Shown: piece after piece, positions 29,403 through 39,522 of the stretch
Layout of the letters: each line of letters opens with the position of its first letter
Numbering within the stretch: position 1 is the stretch's first letter
Assembly: GCA_963706325.1 (NCBI GenBank)
Contig: CAVPLT010000005.1
Span: forward strand, 32,001 to 96,000
Source: an uncultured Nitrospiraceae bacterium
GTDB taxonomy: Bacteria > Nitrospirota > Nitrospiria > Nitrospirales > Nitrospiraceae
Direction of reading: 5' to 3'
Length of the DNA: 64,000 nt
Notes under the pieces: model-generated
What the model saw: the letters and a program-made list of their open reading frames with translations, nothing else
Database searches by the model: none
Told to the model about the DNA's origin: nothing
Position numbers and translations under genes: made by a program

Positions 29403-29786
29403 ATGAACAGTCCAGAGCTGAACCGAGACACCCCGCAGGCGCCCGCACGGGTTTCGCGCCTTGGTCAAAGAGGCAAATGGAAACGGTCAACCTCAGTCTC
29501 AGGACTGTGGCCAGTGAAGCCGGCATTTCGCCGGCCTATCTTTCTCGGCTGTTATCGGGCGAACGGGGACTCCCGCCAGACGATACCCTTATTCTGAAGT
29601 TGGCAGAGGTACTTCACGTCGATCCGCCTGAACGGCTTCTTGTCGAAGCGAAGCGCGTTCCCAGATTTGCTGCTCCCGGCACTGTTGAGTGCGCACGAAG
29701 CGGTCTCGAAGGCAGATCTTAAGGAGGCGATGAAGCAGTTACAGGCGGTGATCCTGAACCAGAGGAAAAAGAGAGGGCGTCGATGA
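29403..29786 (+). pseudogene. Xre-family repressor (ImmR/cI-like), frameshifted
   Basis: LSLRTVASEAGISPAYLSRLLSGERG; divergent from the small Xre gene; stop overlaps the next ATG. Confidence 0.7.
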
Positions 29787-30361
29787 AGACGGTATCTGGA
29801 CTAATCGCCTCGTTGATTCATTGGCTGCGACGACCGGAACGCTTTATTCAGAAACTGCAGAGCCGTGTATCCTCTATGTCAGGACATTCCCTTTTCACCA
29901 TCAGGAAGAAGCCGCCGCGAATCAGGGGGTGGAAGTCCTGGAGACTACGTTCGGACCTAGGATCGAGGGCATCACCACACGTGACGAAGCCCAGGTCATG
30001 ATTGTGCTTCGTCGTGGACTCAATCCCTTAAATCGGCAGTTTGTCGTAGCGCACGAACTAGGGCATGTCCAGTTGCACCTTCCATGAAATGAGACAACAC
30101 CGATGCTCAGCCTATCACTTGGTCAGCAGTGATCATCGAGACATCGAGGCAGACGCGTTATGCCCTGGCTATGCCTGGTGGGATCATTGCCGACGGAACG
30201 GCTTAGCACACGAGGTGCTTACTCTACGTCCTTAACAACCGAGGAATGGCATGGCGGGCATTCCGCGTCGTCTGTTATCTATCCGGGTATCACCAGAGAA
30301 TTCGCCTGGCGAATAGGCTGGAGCGAGCCCTGTCAGGCCTCCAGGCGAAAGGAACAGCATA
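29783..30361 (+). pseudogene. ImmA/IrrE-family metallopeptidase (antirepressor), frameshifted
   Basis: RQFVVAHELGHVQLH (HExxH) and a downstream EADA motif; 3' end approximate. Confidence 0.65.
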
Positions 30362-31909
30362 ATGCCGGTTACACCTGCTCCTACAATTTGCGGCCTCTAC
30401 ACGCGTGTATCCACTCGCAATCAAGCCGACACGGAGTACAGTTCCCTCGAAACCCAACGTGAAAAGCTGGAGGCGTACTGTAAGAGCCAGGAACAGTACG
30501 TCGTCTATCGAGTCTATGAGGATGCTGGCTTTTCGGCGGACACGATGAATCGACCCGCCTTGAAAGAGTTGCTTCAAGATATTCGGGCTGGTCGGATTAC
30601 CTGCGTTCTGGCCTATAAAATTGATCGACTGACCCGATCAGTGAAGGATTTCCATGTCCTGATGGATTTATTTGACCGACATGGGGCCAAATTTGTGTCC
30701 ATCACGCAGAGCCTCGATACGCATCACCCGATGGGACGGTTGCTGCGGAATATTTTGTTGGATTTTGCCCAGTTTGAACGGGAAATGACGGCGGATCGTA
30801 CCCGAGACAAAATGCAGCAACGGGCGACCAAAGGACTGTGGAATGGCGGCAATGATTCCCTTTGGTTATCAGAATGACGAAAAACGTTTAGTGAAGCAGC
30901 CTCAGGAGTCGGCCTGCGTTGCAGTTTATGTTTCAATTCTTCGCTCAAGATCCCTCACTGACCCGCCTACGCGCAGAATTACATCGTCGTGGATGGTATT
31001 CACGCTCTGGCAAGCCCTGGGGCAAGATGACGATCGATTACATTCTGAGAAACCCCACCTATCAGGGCAAAGTCCATTTTAACGATCAGGTTTTCCAGGG
31101 CGAGCATGAGGCCATCGTGGAGGAGGGGCTCTTCCATAAAGTGCAATCGATGACCCGAGAACATAGCCGAGCTGAAACGAAGATCCAGAGGATCTTCCTT
31201 CTCAAGGGGCTACTGAAATGCAGTGTATGTGACTCAGTAATGACGCCCCACTACACGCAGAAGCGTCGAAAGGATCAGTCGATTCATCGCATCGCATACT
31301 ACCGCTGCACCAAGACCATGCATCAGAACAATGCAGTCTGCACGGTCAAGGCCCTCAATGCGGACACGGTAGAGCGTCAGGTTATTGAATACCTGTCCAC
31401 TCTGAGTCAGCAGGCGGATTGGGTAAAAGGGACCGTGGAGGAATTGAACCGCGACCAAAAGGAGCGAGTGCGACCACTGGAACAGGAAGCCATTCGCCTT
31501 AGGGCGAGCCTGGACAGGCTTGGAAAGAGAAATAGATAGACTGGTGCTAGGGGTGGGGCAGGGGACGGTGTCAGTCCAACGCCTTGAACAGGAGATGCAC
31601 CGTCAGCATAAAGAGCAGCAGGGCATAGAAGCCCAGTACCAAGCCGTGCAACGGCAGATCCAAGAGCATTCCGCGAGGGAGTACGATTCAGAGATCGTTC
31701 TACGAAACCTTAAGGATTTTCAAAGGGTTTTTGCAGCGTTGCTACCGAAAGAACAGATGGAGGTTCTTCGGTGTCTCGTGAGGGATATCATCGTATACCC
31801 CGACAAGCTCGTTTTCAATATCTTCGAGCTTGCCGAGGTAGGGACGAGTTCGCAGCAGCGTAAAGGTTGGCTCCCCGGGCAGGACTCGAACCTGCGACCA
31901 GCCGGTTAA
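30362..31909 (+). pseudogene. Large serine recombinase/integrase split by three +1 frameshifts
   Basis: YTRVST, KIDRLTRS, FAQFERE, ILRNPTYQG, LLKCSVC zinc ribbon; ORF pieces start at 30362, 30843, 30919 and 31520. Confidence 0.85.
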
Positions 31910-31943
31910 CAGCCGGCTGCTCTACCAACTGAGCTACCGGGGA
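31868..31943 (-). tRNA. tRNA-Asn (GTT)
   Basis: TCCCCGGTAGCTCAGTTGGTAGAGCAGCCGGCTGTTAACCGGCTGGTCGCAGGTTCGAGTCCTGCCCGGGGAGCCA. Confidence 0.97.
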
Positions 31944-32007
31944 ACTATAAGGTGCCAAATAAACTTCGGCATTCTAACAAAAAAGGGATGAGAAGGGGGA
32001 GACTTTT

Positions 32008-32277
32008 TTAAAAGCCAAAGTCTTCAGTGTCGTCTTCATCGGACGACGCGTCGGTGTTTCCTTTTGCGAGATCTGCAAAATGCTTCGCCCAGGTGAGATA
32101 AAGATTTCCACTGTCCCGCATTGTTTCAGCAGCTTTTACAAGTTTTTCTGCCAGTTCAGGATCTTTCCCGCTGACATGTATCGCTGCAGCCTGTCGTTCT
32201 ATGGCTTTGGGATATTCATGCAACAGGCCGGCGATGTCGCGGAGCAGTTCGTCGAGCACATTGTCTTCTTGTTCCAT
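32008..32277 (-). CDS. Hypothetical acidic helical protein
   Basis: 89-aa ORF with AAGGA RBS. Confidence 0.65.
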   Translation of the reverse strand: MEQEDNVLDELLRDIAGLLHEYPKAIERQAAAIHVSGKDPELAEKLVKAAETMRDSGNLYLTWAKHFADLAKGNTDASSDEDDTEDFGF

Positions 32278-32303
32278 CAGATCCTTTCGGTCCCCATCTC
32301 ATG

Positions 32304-32337
32304 AAAAAACCCCATAGCGTGGGACGCTATGGGGTTT
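32304..32337 (-). terminator. Intrinsic terminator of the por operon
   Basis: AAACCCCATAGCG / CGCTATGGGGTTT stem followed by a U tract on the minus strand. Confidence 0.8.
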
Positions 32338-32356
32338 ATGAGACGCATTGGTTTGC

Positions 32357-32635
32357 TTATCCTTGGTAGGCTTGTCCGAGGGCTGCAGACTCACCCTTAT
32401 GAGTCATCAATTGCCCCGTGGCGCTGACTGCCTGCATCTCGATCGCCTCATGCTTGGCGGCGTTACAGACAACGACGCACAGTTCGCATCCCTTACATCG
32501 ATCGATCGTTACTTCCGCCACCATCTTGGACGAGTTGAGATCCAAGCAGTTAGCCTCCGGGCAGTACATGATGCAGAGGCGGCAGCCCTTCTTGGCCACA
32601 CATTTCTCGTCGATGACTTGCGCTACGTTATACAT
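32357..32635 (-). CDS. porE: Pyruvate:ferredoxin oxidoreductase epsilon (ferredoxin-like) subunit
   Basis: Two 4Fe-4S motifs: C..KKGCRLCIMYCP and CKGCELCVVVC. Confidence 0.8.
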   Translation of the reverse strand: MYNVAQVIDEKCVAKKGCRLCIMYCPEANCLDLNSSKMVAEVTIDRCKGCELCVVVCNAAKHEAIEMQAVSATGQLMTHKGESAALGQAYQG

Positions 32636-32658
32636 GCGACGTGGTTCCTTCTCTCTCG

Positions 32659-33366
32659 TTATGCCGCAACGGCAGGATTACCGACCTGCAACTCGATTTT
32701 GTTCTTCGCGGCCCATTCGCTAGCGATTTCATATGCCGCTTTGACCGTCGCGAGGTTTTTCGCCAATAACATTTCCTTCTTGGCGAATTTCTTTTTGATC
32801 GCTTCGTCCAAGGAGGCAGTTCCGCCGGATGCGACAAATTTCTTTCCAAATCGTTCTTGCAGTGCACCGTCGAGAGCTTCCATGGAGACACATTTGGTAA
32901 TGCCTGCGACCGAGCCAATCATGGCCATGTTCGTCGATAACTCGGTGCCGGCAACTTCGATCGCAAGTTCGGTTCCTGCAATGTAAAACAAGGCGACGTT
33001 CAGATCCTTGAGTCGCTGGATGTCTTCTTCTGACAGAAGGGGTTGGGCTGAGTTGATAATGACGACGCCACCCTCCTTCACGCCGGAGTAGAAGGGCATG
33101 GTATAACTTTTCCCCATCGTGATCACCTGGGGGTGAAACACTTCGATGACATCAGGAAAGACTAACTCCCCCCGGTCATAGATCCGCTCGATGCCGATGC
33201 GGCAATAACTTTCTGCGGGAGCCATACGCTTTTCGGCACCAAAAAACGGATTCGATATTGAAAACTTTCCGTCCCGGTTGGCCGCCATTGCCATTACGTG
33301 CGCTGCCGTGACGGCACCCTGTCCACCCAACCCTGACATGCGAATATTGAGTCTTTTCTTGATCAT
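32659..33366 (-). CDS. porC: Pyruvate:ferredoxin oxidoreductase gamma subunit
   Basis: SGLGGQGAVTAA, FFGAEKR. Confidence 0.85.
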   Translation of the reverse strand: MIKKRLNIRMSGLGGQGAVTAAHVMAMAANRDGKFSISNPFFGAEKRMAPAESYCRIGIERIYDRGELVFPDVIEVFHPQVITMGKSYTMPFYSGVKEGGVVIINSAQPLLSEEDIQRLKDLNVALFYIAGTELAIEVAGTELSTNMAMIGSVAGITKCVSMEALDGALQERFGKKFVASGGTASLDEAIKKKFAKKEMLLAKNLATVKAAYEIASEWAAKNKIELQVGNPAVAA

Positions 33367-33383
33367 GAACGACCTCCGGTTCC

Positions 33384-34286
33384 TTACGCTTTTTCCGCTA
33401 ACTGTTTGGCGGCGGCTTTCTTTTCTTTGGCCTTGGCGTCACGCTCCGCCAAAAGCTGCTTCGCTGGCTCGCTGATATATTCTTTATAGGCGAACCGTTC
33501 GGCCGGTTTCTCGGAATCCCGCATTTCCTGCAGGCCTTCCATGCTGTTTTTACCGATTTCCAAAATGCAGGGCGTGTAGAGCTGAAGATAGGTCGGCCCG
33601 AGCTCCCGTGCGATCAAAACCGCGTTGCGGACGACTTTTTCGACCAGGGACGGCTTGCTCACCGTGCAGTTGACGACGTAGTGACAGCCGGATTCGCGCG
33701 CAATCTCAGGCAGACGGACTTTGTCGAAGAGTTTGCCTACCGGCGCCATTTTGGCTACGAAGCCCTTCTGCATCAGGCCGCTCTCCTGTCCGCCAGTATT
33801 GGCATACAGCTCGTTGTCGAAACAGATGGTCGTAAATTTTTCTTGCCGGAACCATGCCTGCAGGGTCATGTCTAATCCGATATCGACCGTGGCACCATCG
33901 CCAGCCAAAACGACCACGTCCTTGACGCGGTCTGGGAATCGGACACTGAGTGCACGCTTCAATCCAGACGCAATCGCATTTTGATTGCCGAATAGAGAGT
34001 GAATGTTGTGCACAGCTACCATGGGAAACACAAGGCTGGTGCAGCCAGTAGATCCCACCATTACTGTATCTTCCGGATTCGGAAGAGATGCCAGGATATA
34101 GCGGAATGCCATAGATTCCGGGCAACCTGCACAGAGTGAATGTTGCTCAATCAGCTCTTTTGATGTTCCAATATCCTTCCACCCTCGGTCCTCTTTGCCA
34201 TAAGTGGCACTCTGGACCAAATCTTGGTAGTCCGATGGCATGATGTCATATAGGTCTGGCGAAATTTTGATTCGCTCCTTGCTCAT
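33384..34286 (-). CDS. porB: Pyruvate:ferredoxin oxidoreductase beta subunit (TPP-binding)
   Basis: LCAGCP, GDG...DNELYANTGGQ. Confidence 0.87.
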   Translation of the reverse strand: MSKERIKISPDLYDIMPSDYQDLVQSATYGKEDRGWKDIGTSKELIEQHSLCAGCPESMAFRYILASLPNPEDTVMVGSTGCTSLVFPMVAVHNIHSLFGNQNAIASGLKRALSVRFPDRVKDVVVLAGDGATVDIGLDMTLQAWFRQEKFTTICFDNELYANTGGQESGLMQKGFVAKMAPVGKLFDKVRLPEIARESGCHYVVNCTVSKPSLVEKVVRNAVLIARELGPTYLQLYTPCILEIGKNSMEGLQEMRDSEKPAERFAYKEYISEPAKQLLAERDAKAKEKKAAAKQLAEKA

Positions 34287-34342
34287 ATGCGCCTCCTCAA
34301 CTCTTCAATTTCTAGGTGAATGGGCCTAAATAACAGGGTTTT

Positions 34343-35554
34343 TCAGCTGCCTCTGCCGGCAAGCGATTCCGAACGCATACCCAGGGCCGTCTTAATCTCA
34401 GATACAATAATTTCCGGAGGCATTGTCATACCTCCGCAAACATGAGGACCGGCGTGTACCCGTTCACTGTTAGTAATCGTGGCTTTAATTTCTTTTGCCA
34501 ACCAGCCTGTCACATTAAACTCAGGCACGAAGATGTGTTTAGTGTTCTTTGTGGCTTCACGAATCTCCTCTCCAGGCCAGGGGCGGAGTGACTTGACCTT
34601 CACCAGGCCGCAACGCACGCCTTCATCCTCAAGAAGCCGGATGGCTTCTCGTCCCTGAGAAACAGCTGTGCCAGACGCAACAATTACAACGTCAGCATCA
34701 GTATTTTCTGTCTCAATTAACCCGTTAATCCACCTAATAGTGTGCTTACGGGACCGTTCAACCGCCGCCCAAATCTCCTGCTGCCAGGAGGCGTGAGTAG
34801 CATAACTGATATAATTGCTTTTCATAATAAACGGATCGCGCATCATTCGGACTGGCGGGCACTCCATATCCATGCACGGGACGGGAGAGCGGTATGGATC
34901 ATAGGAGGGAAGACACATGTCGGCAGGAGTTAAATTGACGACGTCTTTGGTATGAGTCACAAAGAATCCATCACAGCAGAGCGCCAGTGGTAAATGCACT
35001 TCCGGCTCTTCCGAAACTATGAAACCTTTGAGGATCCAGTCAAAAAAGTCCTGCGCGGTTTCTGCATGCCAGACTAGCATTCCGGTATTTAGCAGATAAG
35101 AAATCTCAATGGTGTCTGGCTGGATCGAGAGTGGCGAGTTGATGCCACGGCAGGTGACGATCATTTGAATCGGCAGACGTGCTCCGGCCCACATAGGGAA
35201 GTTTTCCATGGCTCGCATGGTCCCCGGGCCCGCGGTCGTGGTGAATACGCGTGCACCGCCAAATGCCGCCCCTGCACATTGGGACATGACAGCGAACTCG
35301 CTCTCGCCGCGGAAATAGTCGCCGATGTAGCCTTCAGCAAACAACTCTCCAATGAGCGCCGCAGCCTCGCTTTGCGGCGTAATCGGGTAGGCAATCATGA
35401 CGTCACAGCTGGCACGCCGGAGGGCTTCTTTAATGACTTCACTACCTGTATAAAAAGAAGGAGTGCGGTGAGCTTCGTTCATCATCTTCCAGGCATCTGT
35501 GTATGTCTGACCTTTTTTATTCTGTGTCCCGATCTGAGACTTTGTTTCCGCCAT
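34343..35554 (-). CDS. porA: Pyruvate:ferredoxin oxidoreductase alpha subunit
   Basis: AYPITPQSE, ESEFAVMS, TTTAGPG. Confidence 0.87.
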   Translation of the reverse strand: MAETKSQIGTQNKKGQTYTDAWKMMNEAHRTPSFYTGSEVIKEALRRASCDVMIAYPITPQSEAAALIGELFAEGYIGDYFRGESEFAVMSQCAGAAFGGARVFTTTAGPGTMRAMENFPMWAGARLPIQMIVTCRGINSPLSIQPDTIEISYLLNTGMLVWHAETAQDFFDWILKGFIVSEEPEVHLPLALCCDGFFVTHTKDVVNLTPADMCLPSYDPYRSPVPCMDMECPPVRMMRDPFIMKSNYISYATHASWQQEIWAAVERSRKHTIRWINGLIETENTDADVVIVASGTAVSQGREAIRLLEDEGVRCGLVKVKSLRPWPGEEIREATKNTKHIFVPEFNVTGWLAKEIKATITNSERVHAGPHVCGGMTMPPEIIVSEIKTALGMRSESLAGRGS

Positions 35555-35608
35555 GGTCTCGGCCTCCTTTCAAACGCTAGAAGAGCTATGAACTGCTTAC
35601 CTCTTAAC

Positions 35609-36244
35609 TTAATTGGAAGCGCTAGTCTTCGTCGATGTGATCCGCGGTGTGACCGTGCCTTTCAGTTTGCGAATCCAATCGCCCAGCTTAAGGATCTTCT
35701 CAACCGAGGCGTCTCTAAAGGAGAGCATGGCATCTTCGTGGCCTGCCTGAGCACACATCGCAACGGTATAACATGATGTGCCTCCGCGGATAATTTTGAG
35801 TGATAGGTTAGCTTGATGGCAGTGCACTCCAATGAACATGCAGCAGTCTATTTTATTATGCCAGATTGTGAGGTTCGGATGGTTCGGATTAATTTCGACT
35901 TCCGGGTTGATTTTTGGATATTTCGGACGGTAGTCCGGCATTGGAATCAGCATCGGTTTTTGTCCGGGCTGAACCGATTCCTTCAAAATTTCATAAAGCT
36001 TTCTAACGGCAGCTGCCTTTTTGGCGGCTTTCTCATTCCATGCCCAGAGTACCAAGGGGCCTGGGAATATGGTTGGTACTTGCGCCATCAGAAATTGCCG
36101 GGCGGCCTCTTCGTAGGCCTTCTCTTCAGGAACAATCACACCATTGATATGAGCCTCGCCCGGGTTAGGAAGATAGATCCCCATGGAAGCTGCGGCCGGG
36201 GGAAGAAAATGTTCGGGCCCTGGTAGCACGCGATACTGAGTCAT
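35609..36244 (-). CDS. porD: Pyruvate:ferredoxin oxidoreductase delta subunit (five-subunit rTCA type)
   Basis: PTIFPGP, MPDYRPKYPKINPEVEINPNHPNLTI; first gene of the operon. Confidence 0.78.
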   Translation of the reverse strand: MTQYRVLPGPEHFLPPAAASMGIYLPNPGEAHINGVIVPEEKAYEEAARQFLMAQVPTIFPGPLVLWAWNEKAAKKAAAVRKLYEILKESVQPGQKPMLIPMPDYRPKYPKINPEVEINPNHPNLTIWHNKIDCCMFIGVHCHQANLSLKIIRGGTSCYTVAMCAQAGHEDAMLSFRDASVEKILKLGDWIRKLKGTVTPRITSTKTSASN

Positions 36245-36449
36245 TCGAACCTGCTCTCTTTTGGGGTTTAACAAACTCGGAGAAGAGATCCTCGGTTATA
36301 GCGTGAGTCGTGTCACTCTATGCTTTCCTGAGGTGCCCCTGCAATACGGCAGAAGGCCCACTTAGGGGAAATTAAGGGCTAGCATGGAGAGGGCGTTTAG
36401 GCCTTTTGAACTACAGTGATCAGGCTTCCACAGATCGCTCTAAGTGCGC

Positions 36450-36479
36450 ATTATAGGTGGCAATCTTTATAATTGTCAA
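36450..36479 (-). promoter_or_regulatory. Consensus sigma70 promoter of porDABCE
   Basis: TTGACA-18 bp-TATAAT on the minus strand. Confidence 0.75.
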
Positions 36480-36608
36480 TCGGCTATGCCAAGACAAAAC
36501 TTTGCCCTATATCCGCTACCTACCATTAGCGCTCATGACTGATAGTGTGATGAGGCCTGCAGCCTGCAGTTAGGATAGTTTGCGGTAATGATTTTTGGAG
36601 CGAACTGT

Positions 36609-36893
36609 CTACGTTGATGCGAGAGGGGGGAGAACCTGTTGGAAAGGGTGAACTTCTATCTTTTCAAAGATTCCGTGAACAGTATATGGATCTTCTTCAG
36701 CTATCCGCCTTGCCTCTTGGAGAGAATTTGCCTCTAAAATAATTAGACTGCCGGCCTGATCTGTGAAGGGGCCTGCCATAATAAGTCTTCCCGCTCCCCT
36801 CAGAGGTTCGAGGCTGGCTAGGTGCGCCGCTCGATGGACCTTGCGTTTGGTTTGGCCATCAGGCCCGTCGAAACCGAGAATGACGAATGTCAT
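36609..36893 (-). CDS. YciI family protein
   Basis: RAAHL, AGPF, GSLIILEA, EDPY. Confidence 0.85.
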   Translation of the reverse strand: MTFVILGFDGPDGQTKRKVHRAAHLASLEPLRGAGRLIMAGPFTDQAGSLIILEANSLQEARRIAEEDPYTVHGIFEKIEVHPFQQVLPPLAST

Positions 36894-36913
36894 GCGTTAT
36901 CGGTTCCTTATCG

Positions 36914-37333
36914 TTAAGCGGCTGTACCATCAAGAGGACGTCGATCTTTATATCCACAGGAGGTTTCATGCCACCAACTAATTTGGCCCTCGCCAAATTT
37001 CCAGCACAAGTATACGATGCGGTCCGCGAGCTTATAGGGGAAGTCGCACAGTCCCGAATCGACGTCTTTGATGACCACGCCAAGCTCGTGTATGGCCTGC
37101 AGGCTTCCGCTGATTTCGTGAAGCGACCTGACGTATAAAGACCCGACGGAGGTTCCCCCTCCTGATGCGGCTTGTGCGCTGGCTTTGCTCACTTCGTCTT
37201 TTGTACCCGCAATAACTGTTTTAGCACGTCGAACCGCAGCGAATCGCAGGTGGAGTTGAGGGAGCAGTTCATTCGCTTCTGCCAATGTGAAGATTCGCTC
37301 GGGTGTATCGTGATCTGAATCTGGATTTGCCAT
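36914..37333 (-). CDS. DUF2203 family protein
   Basis: FTLAEANELLP, GLCDFP, YLCWKFGE, WWH...GYKDRRP. Confidence 0.85.
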   Translation of the reverse strand: MANPDSDHDTPERIFTLAEANELLPQLHLRFAAVRRAKTVIAGTKDEVSKASAQAASGGGTSVGSLYVRSLHEISGSLQAIHELGVVIKDVDSGLCDFPYKLADRIVYLCWKFGEGQISWWHETSCGYKDRRPLDGTAA

Positions 37334-37520
37334 GGAGGATTATCTGGCCCAGTTTTTAGCACATCACTTGAGCTGCTGCAACAGGACACGCACAGCATGC
37401 ACATCGCTTGAAAGCAGAAATAGATAAATCAGCGATCGTGTGTCCTGATAACTCTCTGGGTTGCAACTGGGCACGTAGACGGTGTGCCGCTTCCTTTCGC
37501 CCACCACTTGGTTTAAATGG

Positions 37521-37549
37521 TTGACATCTTTCGCAGCAGACGCTAGAAT
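37521..37549 (+). promoter_or_regulatory. sigma70 promoter of rho
   Basis: TTGACA-17 bp-TAGAAT. Confidence 0.7.
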
Positions 37550-37853
37550 TCAAGTGTTCCCTTGATCAGGGAAAAGTTTCACCTTCTTTGCACCAGCTTT
37601 CCAGGCCCATCGCAGCTGTAATCATTCCAGGATATATAAGCATTACTCGTGTAATTGTGGGTTATCATAATTTTACTGTCACTTCCACAAACCCTATATC
37701 GAGCACTCCTTCGTCGAACCATCCAGTTGTGCACAACCAGCAGACTGACACCTAGATAATCACTTCCGTACATTCATTCATGAGCAATCAATTGTTTTTC
37801 TCATTTTTCTCATTAGGGGAGCTATCGGGTTGAGAGCCTGATAGGGAAGCGGT

Positions 37854-39125
37854 ATGACACAGGTTAAGGCGGAAGTTATGCATCTTGCGGAGCTCAAACA
37901 GAAATCGATCGCCGATCTGAATGAGGTGGCGCGAGATTTGAAGATCGAGGGTGCTGCAAACCTGCGTAAGCAGGAGCTCATCTTTGCCATCCTTCAGGCT
38001 CAGACTGAGAAGAATGGTGTGGTGTTTGGCGAAGGAGTGTTGGAAACATTGCCGGATGGGTTTGGATTCCTGCGCGCACCTGATTCCAACTATTTACCTG
38101 GCCCCGACGACATTTACATCTCGCCATCGCAGATACGGCGATTTAATCTTAGGACGGGCGACATTGTGTCGGGTCAAATTCGTCCGCCGAAAGAGAGTGA
38201 GCGGTACTTTGCTCTGCTGAAAGTGGAAAAGGTTAATTATGAGGACCCGGAAGTTGCGCGCGACAAGATTCTTTTCGATAACTTGACCCCGCTCTACCCT
38301 GAAGAGCGGCTCAATCTAGAGTTTGATCGTGAGGAATACTGCACGCGCGTGATGGATCTTACGACGCCAATCGGGAAAGGGCAGCGCGGCTTGATCGTCG
38401 CAGCTCCCAGAACCGGAAAAACCATGTTGTTGCAGGCGATCGCCCGTGCCATCCTGAAAAACCACAAGGAGGTCACCTTAATTGTCCTCCTGATCGACGA
38501 ACGACCGGAAGAGGTGACTGATTGGCAACGGCAGGTGAAAGCTGAAGTCATTAGTTCGACTTTCGATGAGCCGGCTCAGCGCCATGCGCAGGTGGCGGAA
38601 ATGGTCTTGGAAAAAGCGAAGCGACTGGTCGAACATAAAAAAGATGTGGTGATTTTACTGGATAGTATTACTCGATTGGCCAGGGCCTACAATACGATTG
38701 CACCTCCCAGTGGGAAAGTGCTCTCTGGCGGCCTGGATTCGAATGCACTACAGCGTCCGAAACGATTCTTTGGCGCAGCGCGGAACATCGAAAATGGTGG
38801 GAGCTTGACCATCATGGCCACTGCCTTGATCGATACGGGTAGTCGTATGGACGATGTGATCTTTGAGGAATTTAAGGGAACCGGCAATATGGAAGTGCAT
38901 TTGGATCGGCGTTTGGCCGATAAGCGCCTCTTCCCGGCGATCGACATCAGTCAATCAGGGACTCGCAAGGAAGAGCTGCTGGTCGACCGCGATCGGTTGA
39001 ACAAGATGTGGATTCTACGCAAGGTCTTGAGTCCGTTGGGGACGATGGAGGCCATGGAATTCTTAATGGATAAAATTGGCGGCACTAAAACCAATCAGGA
39101 GTTTTTGCAGTCGATGAATCGTTAA
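37854..39125 (+). CDS. rho: Transcription termination factor Rho
   Basis: [25 protein letters not shown]; alternative start 37878. Confidence 0.97.
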   Translation: MTQVKAEVMHLAELKQKSIADLNEVARDLKIEGAANLRKQELIFAILQAQTEKNGVVFGEGVLETLPDGFGFLRAPDSNYLPGPDDIYISPSQIRRFNLRTGDIVSGQIRPPKESERYFALLKVEKVNYEDPEVARDKILFDNLTPLYPEERLNLEFDREEYCTRVMDLTTPIGKGQRGLIVAAPRTGKTMLLQAIARAILKNHKEVTLIVLLIDERPEEVTDWQRQVKAEVISSTFDEPAQRHAQVAEMVLEKAKRLVEHKKDVVILLDSITRLARAYNTIAPPSGKVLSGGLDSNALQRPKRFFGAARNIENGGSLTIMATALIDTGSRMDDVIFEEFKGTGNMEVHLDRRLADKRLFPAIDISQSGTRKEELLVDRDRLNKMWILRKVLSPLGTMEAMEFLMDKIGGTKTNQEFLQSMNR

Positions 39126-39222
39126 GCTCACGCTTGCCAGTGCGGACCACTCCAGTGTAAAGTCATATTTCGGGCGAACAGGACCGGACCAAGCAGCGAA
39201 TCAAGATTGTATAGGAGCAGGT

Positions 39223-39429
39223 ATGCAAAAGGGAATTCACCCAGTCTATCGGGAAGCGACTGTGCAGTGTGCTTGTGGAAATACCTTCAAGACTCGATCT
39301 ACTATCGGGAATATCAAGGTCGACATCTGCGCCGGGTGCCATCCATTCTTTACGGGAACTCAGAAAATCGTCGATACTGAAGGACGTGTCGAACGGTTCA
39401 AGAAGAAGTACGCCAAAAAAGAAAAGTAG
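39223..39429 (+). CDS. rpmE: 50S ribosomal protein L31 (zinc-binding type)
   Basis: [21 protein letters not shown]. Confidence 0.96.
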   Translation: MQKGIHPVYREATVQCACGNTFKTRSTIGNIKVDICAGCHPFFTGTQKIVDTEGRVERFKKKYAKKEK

Positions 39430-39448
39430 GCCTCAGTCGGGACATTAT

Positions 39449-39489
39449 GGAGACCCTGCTTCCTTTTGGGGCAGGGTTTCTTGTTTTTT
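39449..39489 (+). terminator. Intrinsic terminator-like hairpin between rpmE and prfA
   Basis: GAGACCCTGC / GCAGGGTTTC stem plus TTGTTTTTT. Confidence 0.65.
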
Positions 39490-39522
39490 GAGCCAAGCGG
39501 CTTGAAGCGAAATGGGCAGGAC

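Larger units (their letters stand above)
24481..31874. mobile_element. ~7.4-kb integrative element at tRNA-Asn (serine integrase, ImmR/ImmA-like pair, Xre, Rep-like gene, cargo)
   Basis: Bounded by the direct repeat; integrase ORF reads into the tRNA 3' end. Confidence 0.65.

Noticed and set aside
32357..36244. 2-oxoglutarate:ferredoxin oxidoreductase (for) assignment, suggested by the D-A-B-G-E gene order
   Set aside because: Alpha-subunit motifs (QSEAAALIGE, FPMWAGARLP) fit the Por clade better as I recall; phylogeny is needed to be certain
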